A stretch of DNA of 64,000 nucleotides from Alphaproteobacteria bacterium UBA828 (GTDB taxonomy: Bacteria > Pseudomonadota > Alphaproteobacteria > UBA828), in the NCBI GenBank assembly GCA_002296185.1, contig DBHM01000027.1, positions 158,867 through 222,866 of the forward strand, in the 5' to 3' direction. The notes below the pieces were generated by a model that was given only the letters and a program-made list of their open reading frames with translations, did not search any database and was not told the DNA's origin. The position numbers and the translations under genes are program-made. Positions 32,267 to 41,667 of this stretch are shown piece by piece. The first letter of the stretch is position 1; every line of letters begins with the position of its first letter.

Positions 32267-33721
32267 ATGAGTAAGGTAATCAAGGGTGGAACAATTGTTA
32301 CAGCTGATAGAATCTATATGGCTGATGTGCTGGTTGAAAAGGATATCATCGCTGATATTGGCACCGGGCTTTCGGGAGATGAAACACTTGATGCCAGCGG
32401 TTGCTATGTAATGCCGGGTGGTATTGACCCACATACACATCTCGATATGCCGTTCATGGGAACCTACACCTCAGATAATTTTGAGTCCGGTACTAGGGCA
32501 GCACTATCTGGCGGTACCACAATGGTAGTGGATTTCTGTCTACCGGCACCTGGGCACTCACTTCTGGAGGCAATTCAGGCCTGGGACAATAAATCTTCTC
32601 TGGCGACAACTGACTACTCTTTCCATATGGCAATCACTTGGTGGGGCGAGGAGGTGTTCAATGAAATGTCAGCTGTTGTAGATAAGGGTATTAATACCTT
32701 TAAACACTTCATGGCCTATAAGGGCGCGCTGATGGTAGATGACGATGAAATGTATGCATCATTCCAGCGTTGTGCAGAATTAGGAGCAATGCCACTAGTT
32801 CATGCCGAAAATGGAGATGTCGTTGCACAGTTGCAGGCAAAGTTGATGGCTGAGGGGAATAATGGTCCCGAGGCGCATGCCTATTCTCGCCCGCCCGAGG
32901 TCGAAGGCGAGGCAACCAACAGAGCTATCATGATTGCCGATATGGCTGGCGTTCCGCTTTATGTTGTGCATGTTTCCTGTGAGCAGGCGCATGAGGCCAT
33001 CCGACGGGCGCGGCAGAAGGGTATGCGGGTCTATGGTGAACCGCTGATCCAGCATTTGCTGCTTGATGAGGGCGAATATGCCAATGATGATTGGGATCAT
33101 GCTGCGCGCCGCGTGATGTCACCGCCTTTCCGAAATCAACAGCATCAGGACAGCCTTTGGGCCGGTTTACAGGCAGGCAGCCTGCAGGTCGTTGCCACTG
33201 ATCATTGTGCTTTCACAACTGAGCAGAAGCGCTATGGTGTTGACGATTTCACCAAGATTCCGAATGGTACAGGTGGCCTTGAAGACCGTTTGCCGCTGCT
33301 TTGGACGCATGGAGTGAATACTGGCCGCCTTACGATGAATGAATTTGTTGCTACTACATCGACCAATATTGCCAAGGCGCTGAATATGTATCCACGCAAG
33401 GGTGCTATTCTTGAGGGTGCAGACGCAGATATTATCGTTTGGGATCCTAAGCGCGAAAAGACAATCAGTGTCGATAGCCAGCAATCAGCCATTGATTACA
33501 ATGTATTTGAGGGATTTAAAGTCAAGGGTCTGCCGCGTTTCACTATGACCAGGGGCTATGTCGCAATCAGTGAGAACGAGATCATGACGCGAGAGGGTCA
33601 TGGAAAGTTCGTTTCGCGTGAACCTTTCGGCGCAACCAACAAGGCGCTTTCGCAGTGGAAGGCATTGACAGCACCTCGAAAGGTGATCCGTGATCCAGCG
33701 AAGATGCCAGCTGGTGTATAA
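32267..33721 (+). CDS. hydA: Dihydropyrimidinase (D-hydantoinase)
   Basis: PGGIDPHTH, FKHFMAY, VHAENG, VVHVS, VMSPPFR, ATDHCAF, KIPNG.GG. Confidence 0.93.
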   Translation: MSKVIKGGTIVTADRIYMADVLVEKDIIADIGTGLSGDETLDASGCYVMPGGIDPHTHLDMPFMGTYTSDNFESGTRAALSGGTTMVVDFCLPAPGHSLLEAIQAWDNKSSLATTDYSFHMAITWWGEEVFNEMSAVVDKGINTFKHFMAYKGALMVDDDEMYASFQRCAELGAMPLVHAENGDVVAQLQAKLMAEGNNGPEAHAYSRPPEVEGEATNRAIMIADMAGVPLYVVHVSCEQAHEAIRRARQKGMRVYGEPLIQHLLLDEGEYANDDWDHAARRVMSPPFRNQQHQDSLWAGLQAGSLQVVATDHCAFTTEQKRYGVDDFTKIPNGTGGLEDRLPLLWTHGVNTGRLTMNEFVATTSTNIAKALNMYPRKGAILEGADADIIVWDPKREKTISVDSQQSAIDYNVFEGFKVKGLPRFTMTRGYVAISENEIMTREGHGKFVSREPFGATNKALSQWKALTAPRKVIRDPAKMPAGV

Positions 33722-33857
33722 CTAGCATGCGAACAACGATTAAGGTGGAGTTAATTAAATATATTAAAAACAATAACTAGTTGCTAGTTTCAAAAATGAT
33801 TTCTAGAAGCTTACTTAGATTTCGGGTTTGAAGTGAAATTCTTGGGGAGTATTAGTC

Positions 33858-35726
33858 TTGCGAAATTTTAGAACAGTTCTTTTCGACAAAAATCCTGGGC
33901 GGAATGCACAGACGGTCGGCATTGCGCGAGAACTGGGCACCGATATTGAACTCATTCACGAGCCATCGGTTGGTGTCGTGGGCAACAAAGGCGATTCTCA
34001 GTGTTATCTCGGCGTACAGCGCAAGGTTGAAGCAATTCACGATTGTCTGCGTAGCAGTATTGGACAGAGTGATGGGCAGATGCGCGTCCGTTTGGTGCAA
34101 CCAGAATATTCCGTCGCAACCTCTGATGGTATGCGAAACGGTACGCGCGAGATGCGCTATTCGCTAATCGGCCGTGAAGTCACCAACGATACGATAACGG
34201 AACATCTCAGTGCTAGCGGACTTGAGGGTACCGTTGCCGTAGTCGCTTGTGACAAGCCACCTGTTGGAACACTGGCTGCCCTACTGGAGCATGACCGACC
34301 GTCGATAATTATGTCGGACGGACCGATCCGCCCGGGCCTAGACTCCGTCACTAAAGAGCGGATCGACATTATAACCGGATTCCAAGTCGCCGGGAGCTCC
34401 GATGAGGAGATGAAGAAGCGCGTCGCTTGCGAAGCGTGCCCAGGCTATGGCAGCTGCGGAGGCATGTTTACGTATAACACAATGCAAACCTTCATTGCAG
34501 TTGTCGGTATGGAGCCACTGCACATGGTTTCGCCGCCCTCGGACGACCCACGGCGTATCGAACATTATCCAAGCGAGTTGATATCTTACTTAGATAGGCT
34601 TATAGCCAATGACCTTTCGCCACGTAAGATTGTCAATCGCGATTCCATTCGCAATGCGATGATTGTGGCCATGGCGATTGGTGGCTCAACTAATGTTCTA
34701 CTGCATGGTCCAGAGATTGCTCGTGCCGCAGGATTTAGCAGCTTTACGAAAGACATCATGTCGCCGGAGGAGTTCAATCACCTCTCTCAATACGTAGTGC
34801 CAGTGCTGATCAATGCGCGGCCATTTGGGCAATATTCTATGGTCGACATTGATGATAAGGGTGGTATTCAAGTTATCGTCAAGGAGCTACTAGAGGCAGG
34901 ATTACTAAACGGTGACGTCATGACTTGTACAGGAGAAACCTTGATTGAACAGGTAGCGCGCCTTGATCCTCCGGCGCCAGACGGTGAGGTCATTTACTCG
35001 GTTGAGAAGCCCTTCAAGCCTACGGGGGGCCTTCGCGTGCTCGGTGGAAATTTATCACCTGAGTTTAGTGCTGTCTTAAAACTTGCTGGCGTTGAGGGGG
35101 GGCTAGAAAACAACGTCTTCAATGGCAAGGCACGGGTCTTCAATAGTGAAGTCGAACTGCTTGATACACTGGAGAACCAATCGGAAGTCTTCAAAAACAA
35201 CGACATGATCATTGTCCGCTACGAAGGCCCAAGTGGGGCACCAGGTATGCCAGAAATGCTCGACTCTACCTCGCGTATCACTACCTTATGCCGAGAGCAA
35301 GGGATCGTTGTGGGCTTAATGACCGACGCGCGTTTCTCCGGTGGTTCCGTCGGTCTCGTGATCGGTCATGTTGGTCCGGAAGCGGCTCTCGGGGGTCCAA
35401 TTGCCTATATAGAAGACGGCGACGACATTGTCGTTGACTTAAATAGGAACGAAATAAACTGCCTACAGCTAGGCAATGAATCGATATTATCCGCTCGTAA
35501 GGCAAGCTGGGATAAGGCTGTCGCGGATAATGGCGACATGCATCCGGCAATTGGTGATGTAGATACACGCTTGTTACATAGGATGCGGCGTTCGGCTGTC
35601 TCGGCTGTATTTGGCGCTGGCATGCATCCCGACCGAGAGCTCTGGGTCCACGCTGCACGCAAGCCAGAGATAACTGGATTCGTACCATCAAACAAGTACC
35701 GGGAAGGCTCTGCGAAAGCGTTCTAG
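33858..35726 (+). CDS. IlvD/Edd-family [Fe-S] dehydratase, divergent subfamily (TTG start)
   Basis: SQCY, SDGM..G, ACDKPPVG, GSCGGMFTYNTM, GGSTN..LH, RYEGP.G.PGMPEM, TDARFSGG, GHVGPEA. Confidence 0.88.
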   Translation: MRNFRTVLFDKNPGRNAQTVGIARELGTDIELIHEPSVGVVGNKGDSQCYLGVQRKVEAIHDCLRSSIGQSDGQMRVRLVQPEYSVATSDGMRNGTREMRYSLIGREVTNDTITEHLSASGLEGTVAVVACDKPPVGTLAALLEHDRPSIIMSDGPIRPGLDSVTKERIDIITGFQVAGSSDEEMKKRVACEACPGYGSCGGMFTYNTMQTFIAVVGMEPLHMVSPPSDDPRRIEHYPSELISYLDRLIANDLSPRKIVNRDSIRNAMIVAMAIGGSTNVLLHGPEIARAAGFSSFTKDIMSPEEFNHLSQYVVPVLINARPFGQYSMVDIDDKGGIQVIVKELLEAGLLNGDVMTCTGETLIEQVARLDPPAPDGEVIYSVEKPFKPTGGLRVLGGNLSPEFSAVLKLAGVEGGLENNVFNGKARVFNSEVELLDTLENQSEVFKNNDMIIVRYEGPSGAPGMPEMLDSTSRITTLCREQGIVVGLMTDARFSGGSVGLVIGHVGPEAALGGPIAYIEDGDDIVVDLNRNEINCLQLGNESILSARKASWDKAVADNGDMHPAIGDVDTRLLHRMRRSAVSAVFGAGMHPDRELWVHAARKPEITGFVPSNKYREGSAKAF

Positions 35727-35758
35727 GTGAGCCCAGAGCGATTTAGTAGGAATAGATT

Positions 35759-35875
35759 TTAGAGTGTCATAACCTGGTCTGGCGGGTTTGGTCCTGGTGC
35801 TTGATACAATTGTGGAAAGAATCCGGCAACTACGCCTTTTTCTTTACTAGTCTTGAATACATAAGCGACTTTCAT
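35759..35875 (-). pseudogene. Internally deleted remnant resembling DsrE/SaoD-type small proteins
   Basis: 38-aa ORF MKVAYVFKTSKEKGVVAGFFPQLYQAPGPNPPDQVMTL; both ends resemble, from recall, roughly 120-aa proteins starting MKVAY.F and ending G.FP.LY.....PDQV.TL. Confidence 0.55.
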
Positions 35876-35946
35876 AGAAATCTCGAAAAAAATTACTATT
35901 TAATGAATAGTAATACTTTGAGTCTTATCCATTGGCTTAATAATAA

Positions 35947-36462
35947 TTGTATATGAAAGCTATTATATTTTTTTTATTTAACATAATACAGATAGGTAAA
36001 AATATAGAATTCATGATGTTCTCAATCTTTGCTCAAATTAATAATATTTTTAAACATAAAAATACTTGGAAGGTCGCCTCTAAGAATACTTTATGGTGTC
36101 TTTTAGGTTGCTCTATAGGGGATCTTGGTACAATAGCTTTTTTTCAGTTTATGGAAATTGATTGGCCAGTCTTTTCAATAATGGTTCTAGCTATTGTTAA
36201 TGGTTTGATTACGTCAATTCTTTTGGAAACTCTTATCCTTACAAGGCAGATGAATCTTAAAAACTCTTTTAGAACTGCAGTTGGAATGTCATTCATTTCA
36301 ATGATTGCAATGGAAATTGCCATGAATATTACAGATTTAATTTTCACGGGTGGTGCAGTTTTAAATTGGTGGGTAGTCCCATTAATGTTGATAGCGGGTT
36401 TTCTTACCGCAGTACCCTACAATTACTGGCGTCTTAAAGCTTTTGGAAAATCATGTCATTAA
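35947..36462 (+). CDS. DUF4396-like membrane protein; true start probably near 36013
   Basis: TL.CLLGCSIGD.G, SILLET, A.GMSFISM.AME..MN, GF..A.PYNYW.L. Confidence 0.75.
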   Translation: MYMKAIIFFLFNIIQIGKNIEFMMFSIFAQINNIFKHKNTWKVASKNTLWCLLGCSIGDLGTIAFFQFMEIDWPVFSIMVLAIVNGLITSILLETLILTRQMNLKNSFRTAVGMSFISMIAMEIAMNITDLIFTGGAVLNWWVVPLMLIAGFLTAVPYNYWRLKAFGKSCH

Positions 36463-36564
36463 ATTAATAATGAATTTGAAATCGTATATTATATGGATAC
36501 ATATAGTTATAAATATACATAAGATTAATTTTGAAAAAATTGTATAATTTTAATTAAGAATAAC

Positions 36565-38076
36565 ATGACAAATAATTTTTTTGTAATTTTAGGAAATCAA
36601 CTATTTGATCCCAAAATTTTAAAGTCCAAAGGTTGTGGGCATGTTTTTATGGCAGAAGATTTTGGTCTATGTAAATATGTAAAGCATCATAAGCTAAAAA
36701 TCTATTTGTTCTTATGTTCAATGAGAGAATATAGAGATGAATTAAAGAGGTATGGTTTCAAAGTATCTTATTTTTCTCTTGAAGATAGAACTGATAACCT
36801 CAATTACCCAAAATTTTTAATAGATTTTGTAGAAAAAAATAATATATCTAAGATCAATTTCTTTGAAATAGAAGACCATTTCTTTGAAAAAGAAATCTTT
36901 GATCAAATGAAGAAGAAAGGCCTAAAATTACAACTCCATAAATCGCCAATGTTTATGTTTTCACGTAATGAATTTATTTCACTTCACGAAGGGAAAAAAA
37001 ACTTTAGACTTTCTAATTTTTATAAAATAGGTAGAAAAAAATTTAATATACTTATGAATGAAAATTGCGAACCAATTGGAAAAAAGTGGTCATTTGATCA
37101 TGAAAATAGAAAAAAAATACCCAAAAATGTTTCAATCCCAAAACTTCAGCCTCCCAGTCGAACTAAGTACCACAATCAGGTTATTCAATTAATAGAGCAG
37201 CATTTTAGCGATCATCATGGCAGATTAGATAATATATGGTTTCCTGTAGAGCGGGGAGGTGTTGACAGGCATCTTGAATTTTTTCTGGCTCACAAGCTTA
37301 TATATTTTGGGGTATATGAGGACGCAATACGGCATGAAGAAAATTTTTTATTTCATAGCTGTATTAGTCCATTTCTAAATATCGGGTTAATTACACCAGA
37401 CTCATTATTAGAGAGAGTGTTGGAGTTATTTAATAAGGGGTATGCCCCGATTAACTCCATCGAAGGATTTGTGAGGCAAGTATTAGGGTGGCGTGAGTTT
37501 ATACGTGGAATATACCAAATGAAGGGCTCAGAACAGCAGCAAAGCAATTTCTGGGCGCATAAACGTTATTTAAGTGAAAGTTGGTATAATGGTTCGACCG
37601 GGATTGTACCTTTGGATGATTCTATTCAATCGGCAATAAAAGATGGATATAATCATCACATACCTAGGCTTATGGTAATCGCTAATTTGATGAATTTGAG
37701 CGAGATCGATCCAAGGAATATTTATAAATGGTTCATGGAAATGTATATTGATTCGTCAGACTGGGTAATGATACCCAATGTATTTGGAATGGCAACGTTT
37801 GCTGATGGGGGTCTGATATCAACTAAGCCATATTCATGCAGTTCAAATTATATACTTAAAATGAGTAATTATAAAAAGGGAAACTGGTGTAAAGTAGTCG
37901 ATGGATTGTACTGGCGTTTTATTGATAAGCATCAAAAATTTTATAAGTCTAATCCCCGTCTTTCGTTTCAAGTAAAAATGCTAGAAAGAATAGATATTGA
38001 AAGAAAAAAAGAAATTTTCCAATGTGCAGAAATTTTTTTGACTAAAAACACATATTATTCTTCAGAGTTTCTTTAA
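36565..38076 (+). CDS. Bacterial (6-4) photolyase / CryB-PhrB-related cryptochrome-photolyase lacking FeS cysteines
   Basis: ILGNQLF, HHKLK, KWSFD.ENR, FG.YEDA, EGFVRQVLGWREF, GYNHHIPRLM, FADGG..STKPY. Confidence 0.9.
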   Translation: MTNNFFVILGNQLFDPKILKSKGCGHVFMAEDFGLCKYVKHHKLKIYLFLCSMREYRDELKRYGFKVSYFSLEDRTDNLNYPKFLIDFVEKNNISKINFFEIEDHFFEKEIFDQMKKKGLKLQLHKSPMFMFSRNEFISLHEGKKNFRLSNFYKIGRKKFNILMNENCEPIGKKWSFDHENRKKIPKNVSIPKLQPPSRTKYHNQVIQLIEQHFSDHHGRLDNIWFPVERGGVDRHLEFFLAHKLIYFGVYEDAIRHEENFLFHSCISPFLNIGLITPDSLLERVLELFNKGYAPINSIEGFVRQVLGWREFIRGIYQMKGSEQQQSNFWAHKRYLSESWYNGSTGIVPLDDSIQSAIKDGYNHHIPRLMVIANLMNLSEIDPRNIYKWFMEMYIDSSDWVMIPNVFGMATFADGGLISTKPYSCSSNYILKMSNYKKGNWCKVVDGLYWRFIDKHQKFYKSNPRLSFQVKMLERIDIERKKEIFQCAEIFLTKNTYYSSEFL

Positions 38077-38238
38077 ATTTTTTACTGGATATTTTTGGAT
38101 TTTTCATGAAGAAGAAGTGGTTTTTATAAGATATTAATTTAAGTCTATTATCACTATAGAATGTAATGGTTGTGTGTGGTTGAAATAAAATTATGAGACG
38201 GCTAGGGTGTAAGAAGTATTCCTTGAAGGATTAAATCA

Positions 38239-39651
38239 ATGTCAGTGCTACTTGATCAAAACAAAAACTATAATGCACAATTTGGACCAATCTTTAGATC
38301 ATCAGCAATTTTTTATATTCCTCGTGATGTTAAGACGACTATAACTGTTTCCAATTACTGGGATTTTAAAAACAATTTAGAAGTAGGGCTATTATTTTCA
38401 ATACGTAAACTTAGTGGAGAATTAGTTGAGAGACGAGAGCTATACTTTAATGATGGATTAGTTATTAATGAGAGTAAATGGCCTATCGAAGAGGGTTCTG
38501 TCGAGGTGGAGGCATTCGGTAATAAAAACCTTCGTATACCTTATGCGGCTGTCATGGGAGTATATGAAACAGAAGCTTCGATTACTATGGTTCACTCTTA
38601 TGGGAGAAACCACAACTTAATAGAAATAGAAGATCGGAGTTCCTTAACCTCTGGACGCGAGAGCTGTTGGACTATTCGTCAAGATAATGATGTTGAGAAT
38701 AAAGCGGTTTTTCATAATGGTCATCTAGGTGTACCTAATCAAATAGCAAAATTTACGTTAACAAATGTTGAGGGAGCGGAGCATTCTACAGATTTCAGTA
38801 TGCCCCTTTTAGAACCGTTTGAAACATTTGTTTTTAACTTGTCTGAAATAGTTCCACAATATAAGGATTTTCTTAGCGGCTCAGACGGTTGGGGGACATT
38901 ACATTTTGAAAATAAAACTGCCTTCACGCGACTACTTTTAGTTTGGCAAAATAAATTAACAGGGGAGTTACAAGTAACTCATTCAAATTTTGATTATTCT
39001 GAGATTGAGACTAATAAGATAGAGGCAACTAAGCCAGCAATTATGAAATGGCCTTCAATATTAACTCAATCAGATTCTGGGCAAGTCGTGCTATATCCAA
39101 AATTTTCCAAAGGTATATATAAAATAACTTCAAATAAAAGTATAACTGAAACTGATAAAGGTTTGTTCATTAAAACTAAGGATATTGATGCTCTTGAATT
39201 TACGTCCTTAGATAAAAACACAATACCTTCACGAATAGTAACTGGAATCACTTATCAAAAAGAAAAAAATACTTTACCATTAGAGTGTTCCATGGGAATT
39301 GTTCACGAAAAAAGACCGCCAAAAAGATTTCACTGGGCTGTTGTCTCAAAAAAGTTCAAGTCACGTCTATTCTTCAATGCCTTTACAGAAATATATCAGG
39401 TCCCTGATGACTTGTTTATCGTATTTAGACTTTATACGGCAAAGAGAAATCAATATGTGGAAAAACGTTTGGATATTCAATCTCTGAATGAAATCCCAGA
39501 TGGTATTTATATAGATGAATTATTTGCCAATATAGATCAATCAGGTCATGAGGATTATTGTTATGTTTCAATGTTCTCAAACTTTGGTGGATTGCTAATG
39601 TATTCTTCTATGCAAAAAAAATCTTCTATGACTATAGAGCATTCATTTTAG
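38239..39651 (+). CDS. Hypothetical protein with three probable beta-sandwich repeats
   Basis: 470-aa ORF with RBS-like AAGGA; recurring units ending VHSY, THSN and EHSF. Confidence 0.8.
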   Translation: MSVLLDQNKNYNAQFGPIFRSSAIFYIPRDVKTTITVSNYWDFKNNLEVGLLFSIRKLSGELVERRELYFNDGLVINESKWPIEEGSVEVEAFGNKNLRIPYAAVMGVYETEASITMVHSYGRNHNLIEIEDRSSLTSGRESCWTIRQDNDVENKAVFHNGHLGVPNQIAKFTLTNVEGAEHSTDFSMPLLEPFETFVFNLSEIVPQYKDFLSGSDGWGTLHFENKTAFTRLLLVWQNKLTGELQVTHSNFDYSEIETNKIEATKPAIMKWPSILTQSDSGQVVLYPKFSKGIYKITSNKSITETDKGLFIKTKDIDALEFTSLDKNTIPSRIVTGITYQKEKNTLPLECSMGIVHEKRPPKRFHWAVVSKKFKSRLFFNAFTEIYQVPDDLFIVFRLYTAKRNQYVEKRLDIQSLNEIPDGIYIDELFANIDQSGHEDYCYVSMFSNFGGLLMYSSMQKKSSMTIEHSF

Positions 39652-39683
39652 TCTATTACTTCTTAAGTAAGAATTTTTTCAAT

Positions 39684-40349
39684 TTAGCGATAGATTCCAT
39701 CCCACTCAGTTTTTGAAACCTCTACATTTCCGTCGTCATCAACTGTAGGTCGTTGTAGTACAAAAGTTGTTTCAGGTGTAATTACTCCATAATCCATATA
39801 GCCCATTCGAGCTAAAGGACGCATCTCTGATGTATTTACAATACCATCTTTGATAAATTTATCATTTATATAGACCCCAACTACTTGACCTATAGTCATA
39901 AAATGGCCTTTGTCACCTTGATCAACTACATCTGGTAATTCTATAGTTTTCCAGTGTTTGCACTCTAGAGCGGCTGGAGATCGAGAAACGCGGGGTGGCT
40001 TCACAAATTGTGACTCTGTTGTTTCAAGATTTGCAAGAGAGAATTCATTTGCTAAATAGTCAACAGGTGCTGAGCTAATATTCATACCTTCACGGGTATC
40101 CCACGTAGATAAAGAACACGTAAATTCGCCATTATCTTCAATATTGCGCAGACTGTCTTTTCGGTCTACAGAAGTAAACATCACATAATTTGGATCCGCA
40201 CCTACTGCATTGAAAAAACTATAAGGTGCAAGGTTTAATATGCCGTCGTTAGAAATAGTTGAAATCCAACCAATGGGTCTTGGTGCAACTAAGGCTTTGA
40301 AGGGGTCATGCTTTAAGCCGTGGTTATTCTCTATACTATCATAGTGCAT
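39684..40349 (-). CDS. Flavin reductase-like (DIM6/NTAB family) protein
   Basis: PFKALVAPRPIGWIST, NLAPYSFFN, KDSL.NI, VKPPRV..SPAALEC, PLARMG. Confidence 0.88.
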   Translation of the reverse strand: MHYDSIENNHGLKHDPFKALVAPRPIGWISTISNDGILNLAPYSFFNAVGADPNYVMFTSVDRKDSLRNIEDNGEFTCSLSTWDTREGMNISSAPVDYLANEFSLANLETTESQFVKPPRVSRSPAALECKHWKTIELPDVVDQGDKGHFMTIGQVVGVYINDKFIKDGIVNTSEMRPLARMGYMDYGVITPETTFVLQRPTVDDDGNVEVSKTEWDGIYR

Positions 40350-40443
40350 GATATTATTCCTAAAATACGATTAATAAGTTAAATTATTTTATTAGGCAAT
40401 GACTCGAGTAACTTATCTATAATAATACTTAATTCTGCAATAT

Positions 40444-41496
40444 TTAGTTATGGTGCGTTTCCTCAAACCCTCCAAGAATAGCTATAAGATTGTCACCTAG
40501 AATATCTGATATATACCCTCCTTCTTGTATCATAAGAGTAGGTAGTTTAATTCTTCCTATAGCCTGGCCAATTCTATAAAAGCCATCTGTTGTAATACTC
40601 ATAAAAGCAAGTGGATCACTTTCTGATATATCTAGACCAAGCGCTATAATTAATATTTCAGGTTTAAAAGTTATAATCTCATCTATCGCGAAATTTAATG
40701 TGTCTAGATATGATTGATCAGCTGTATTCTTTTCAAGTGGCAAGTTAATGTTATAGCCCTTTCCCATGGCTAAGCCTGCCTCATCTGAGTATCCAGAAAA
40801 AAATGGATAGTAGTCAGATGGATCACCATGAAGTGAAACAGTTAAAACATCAGACCGGTTGTAAAATATACCTTGAGTACCATTTCCATGGTGTACATCA
40901 ATATCCAATATAGCTATTTTTTTTGCCCCATTTTCAATAAAACATTGCCCGGCTATAGCGGTATTATTAAAAAAACAAAACCCTCCTGCTTGATCTGAGA
41001 AAGCGTGGTGACCTGGAGGTCTGCAAAGAGAATAAGCAAAGGTATTTTTTTTGCTATTTTTAGCATCATCGATTAAAGCAAGTGCTCCAGATACGGCAAC
41101 ATTAGCTGATAATATGGCCCCATCATATGTCCCTTTTCCTATCGGGCATGCAGTATCTGCTTGATAATATCCAGCGAGCCCTATGAGTGATTTTGGTAAT
41201 AAACTCATATTTCGACCTGGGTGTATATTGGGAATAACTTCATTACTGCTATCTGGAAGATTTTGCCACAGACTCCATGAATTTTTAAGGAAATTTATAT
41301 AGCCCTTATCATGTATTGCTTCTATAGGTTTTGTGCCATGATCCTGAGACTCTATTAAATTGTGTCCAGCTGCTCTTGCTGATGCTTCTAAGATTTCCGC
41401 TCGTTTTGGTTGTTCAGGATTATTTTTTAGTTGACCTCTAGAAATAAAGGTTTGTGGTGAATGGATAGTATGATTAGGGGAATAAAACACTCGCAT
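40444..41496 (-). CDS. Histone deacetylase family, acetylpolyamine amidohydrolase-like
   Basis: PEQP.R, CRPPGHHA, GGFCFFNN, DIDVHHGNGTQ, GLD, QEGGY. Confidence 0.88.
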   Translation of the reverse strand: MRVFYSPNHTIHSPQTFISRGQLKNNPEQPKRAEILEASARAAGHNLIESQDHGTKPIEAIHDKGYINFLKNSWSLWQNLPDSSNEVIPNIHPGRNMSLLPKSLIGLAGYYQADTACPIGKGTYDGAILSANVAVSGALALIDDAKNSKKNTFAYSLCRPPGHHAFSDQAGGFCFFNNTAIAGQCFIENGAKKIAILDIDVHHGNGTQGIFYNRSDVLTVSLHGDPSDYYPFFSGYSDEAGLAMGKGYNINLPLEKNTADQSYLDTLNFAIDEIITFKPEILIIALGLDISESDPLAFMSITTDGFYRIGQAIGRIKLPTLMIQEGGYISDILGDNLIAILGGFEETHHN

Positions 41497-41667
41497 TATA
41501 AATCTATCCTAAAACTAGTTGACTGGTGTTTGTTTTCTAATAGAGGTATTATTTAACAATTAATTAACATGTTTTATTATAATCGTTGAACGAAATAGTT
41601 ATGTTTTGAAAAATGAGTATAGTGTTTTCATTACTTATTAATAGTCCACAAGTATAGGCTTATCTTT

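Noticed and set aside
33740..33754. Perfect CtrA-type TTAA-N7-TTAA upstream of the IlvD-like gene
   Set aside because: An all-AT motif expected several times by chance in this composition; no cell-cycle context
32709..35695. Many overlapping alternative-frame ORFs in hydA and the IlvD-like gene
   Set aside because: Shadow ORFs caused by high GC; no recognisable motifs
41553..41568. TTAA-N7-TTAAC between the deacetylase and EamA genes
   Set aside because: Same chance argument in a very AT-rich spacer
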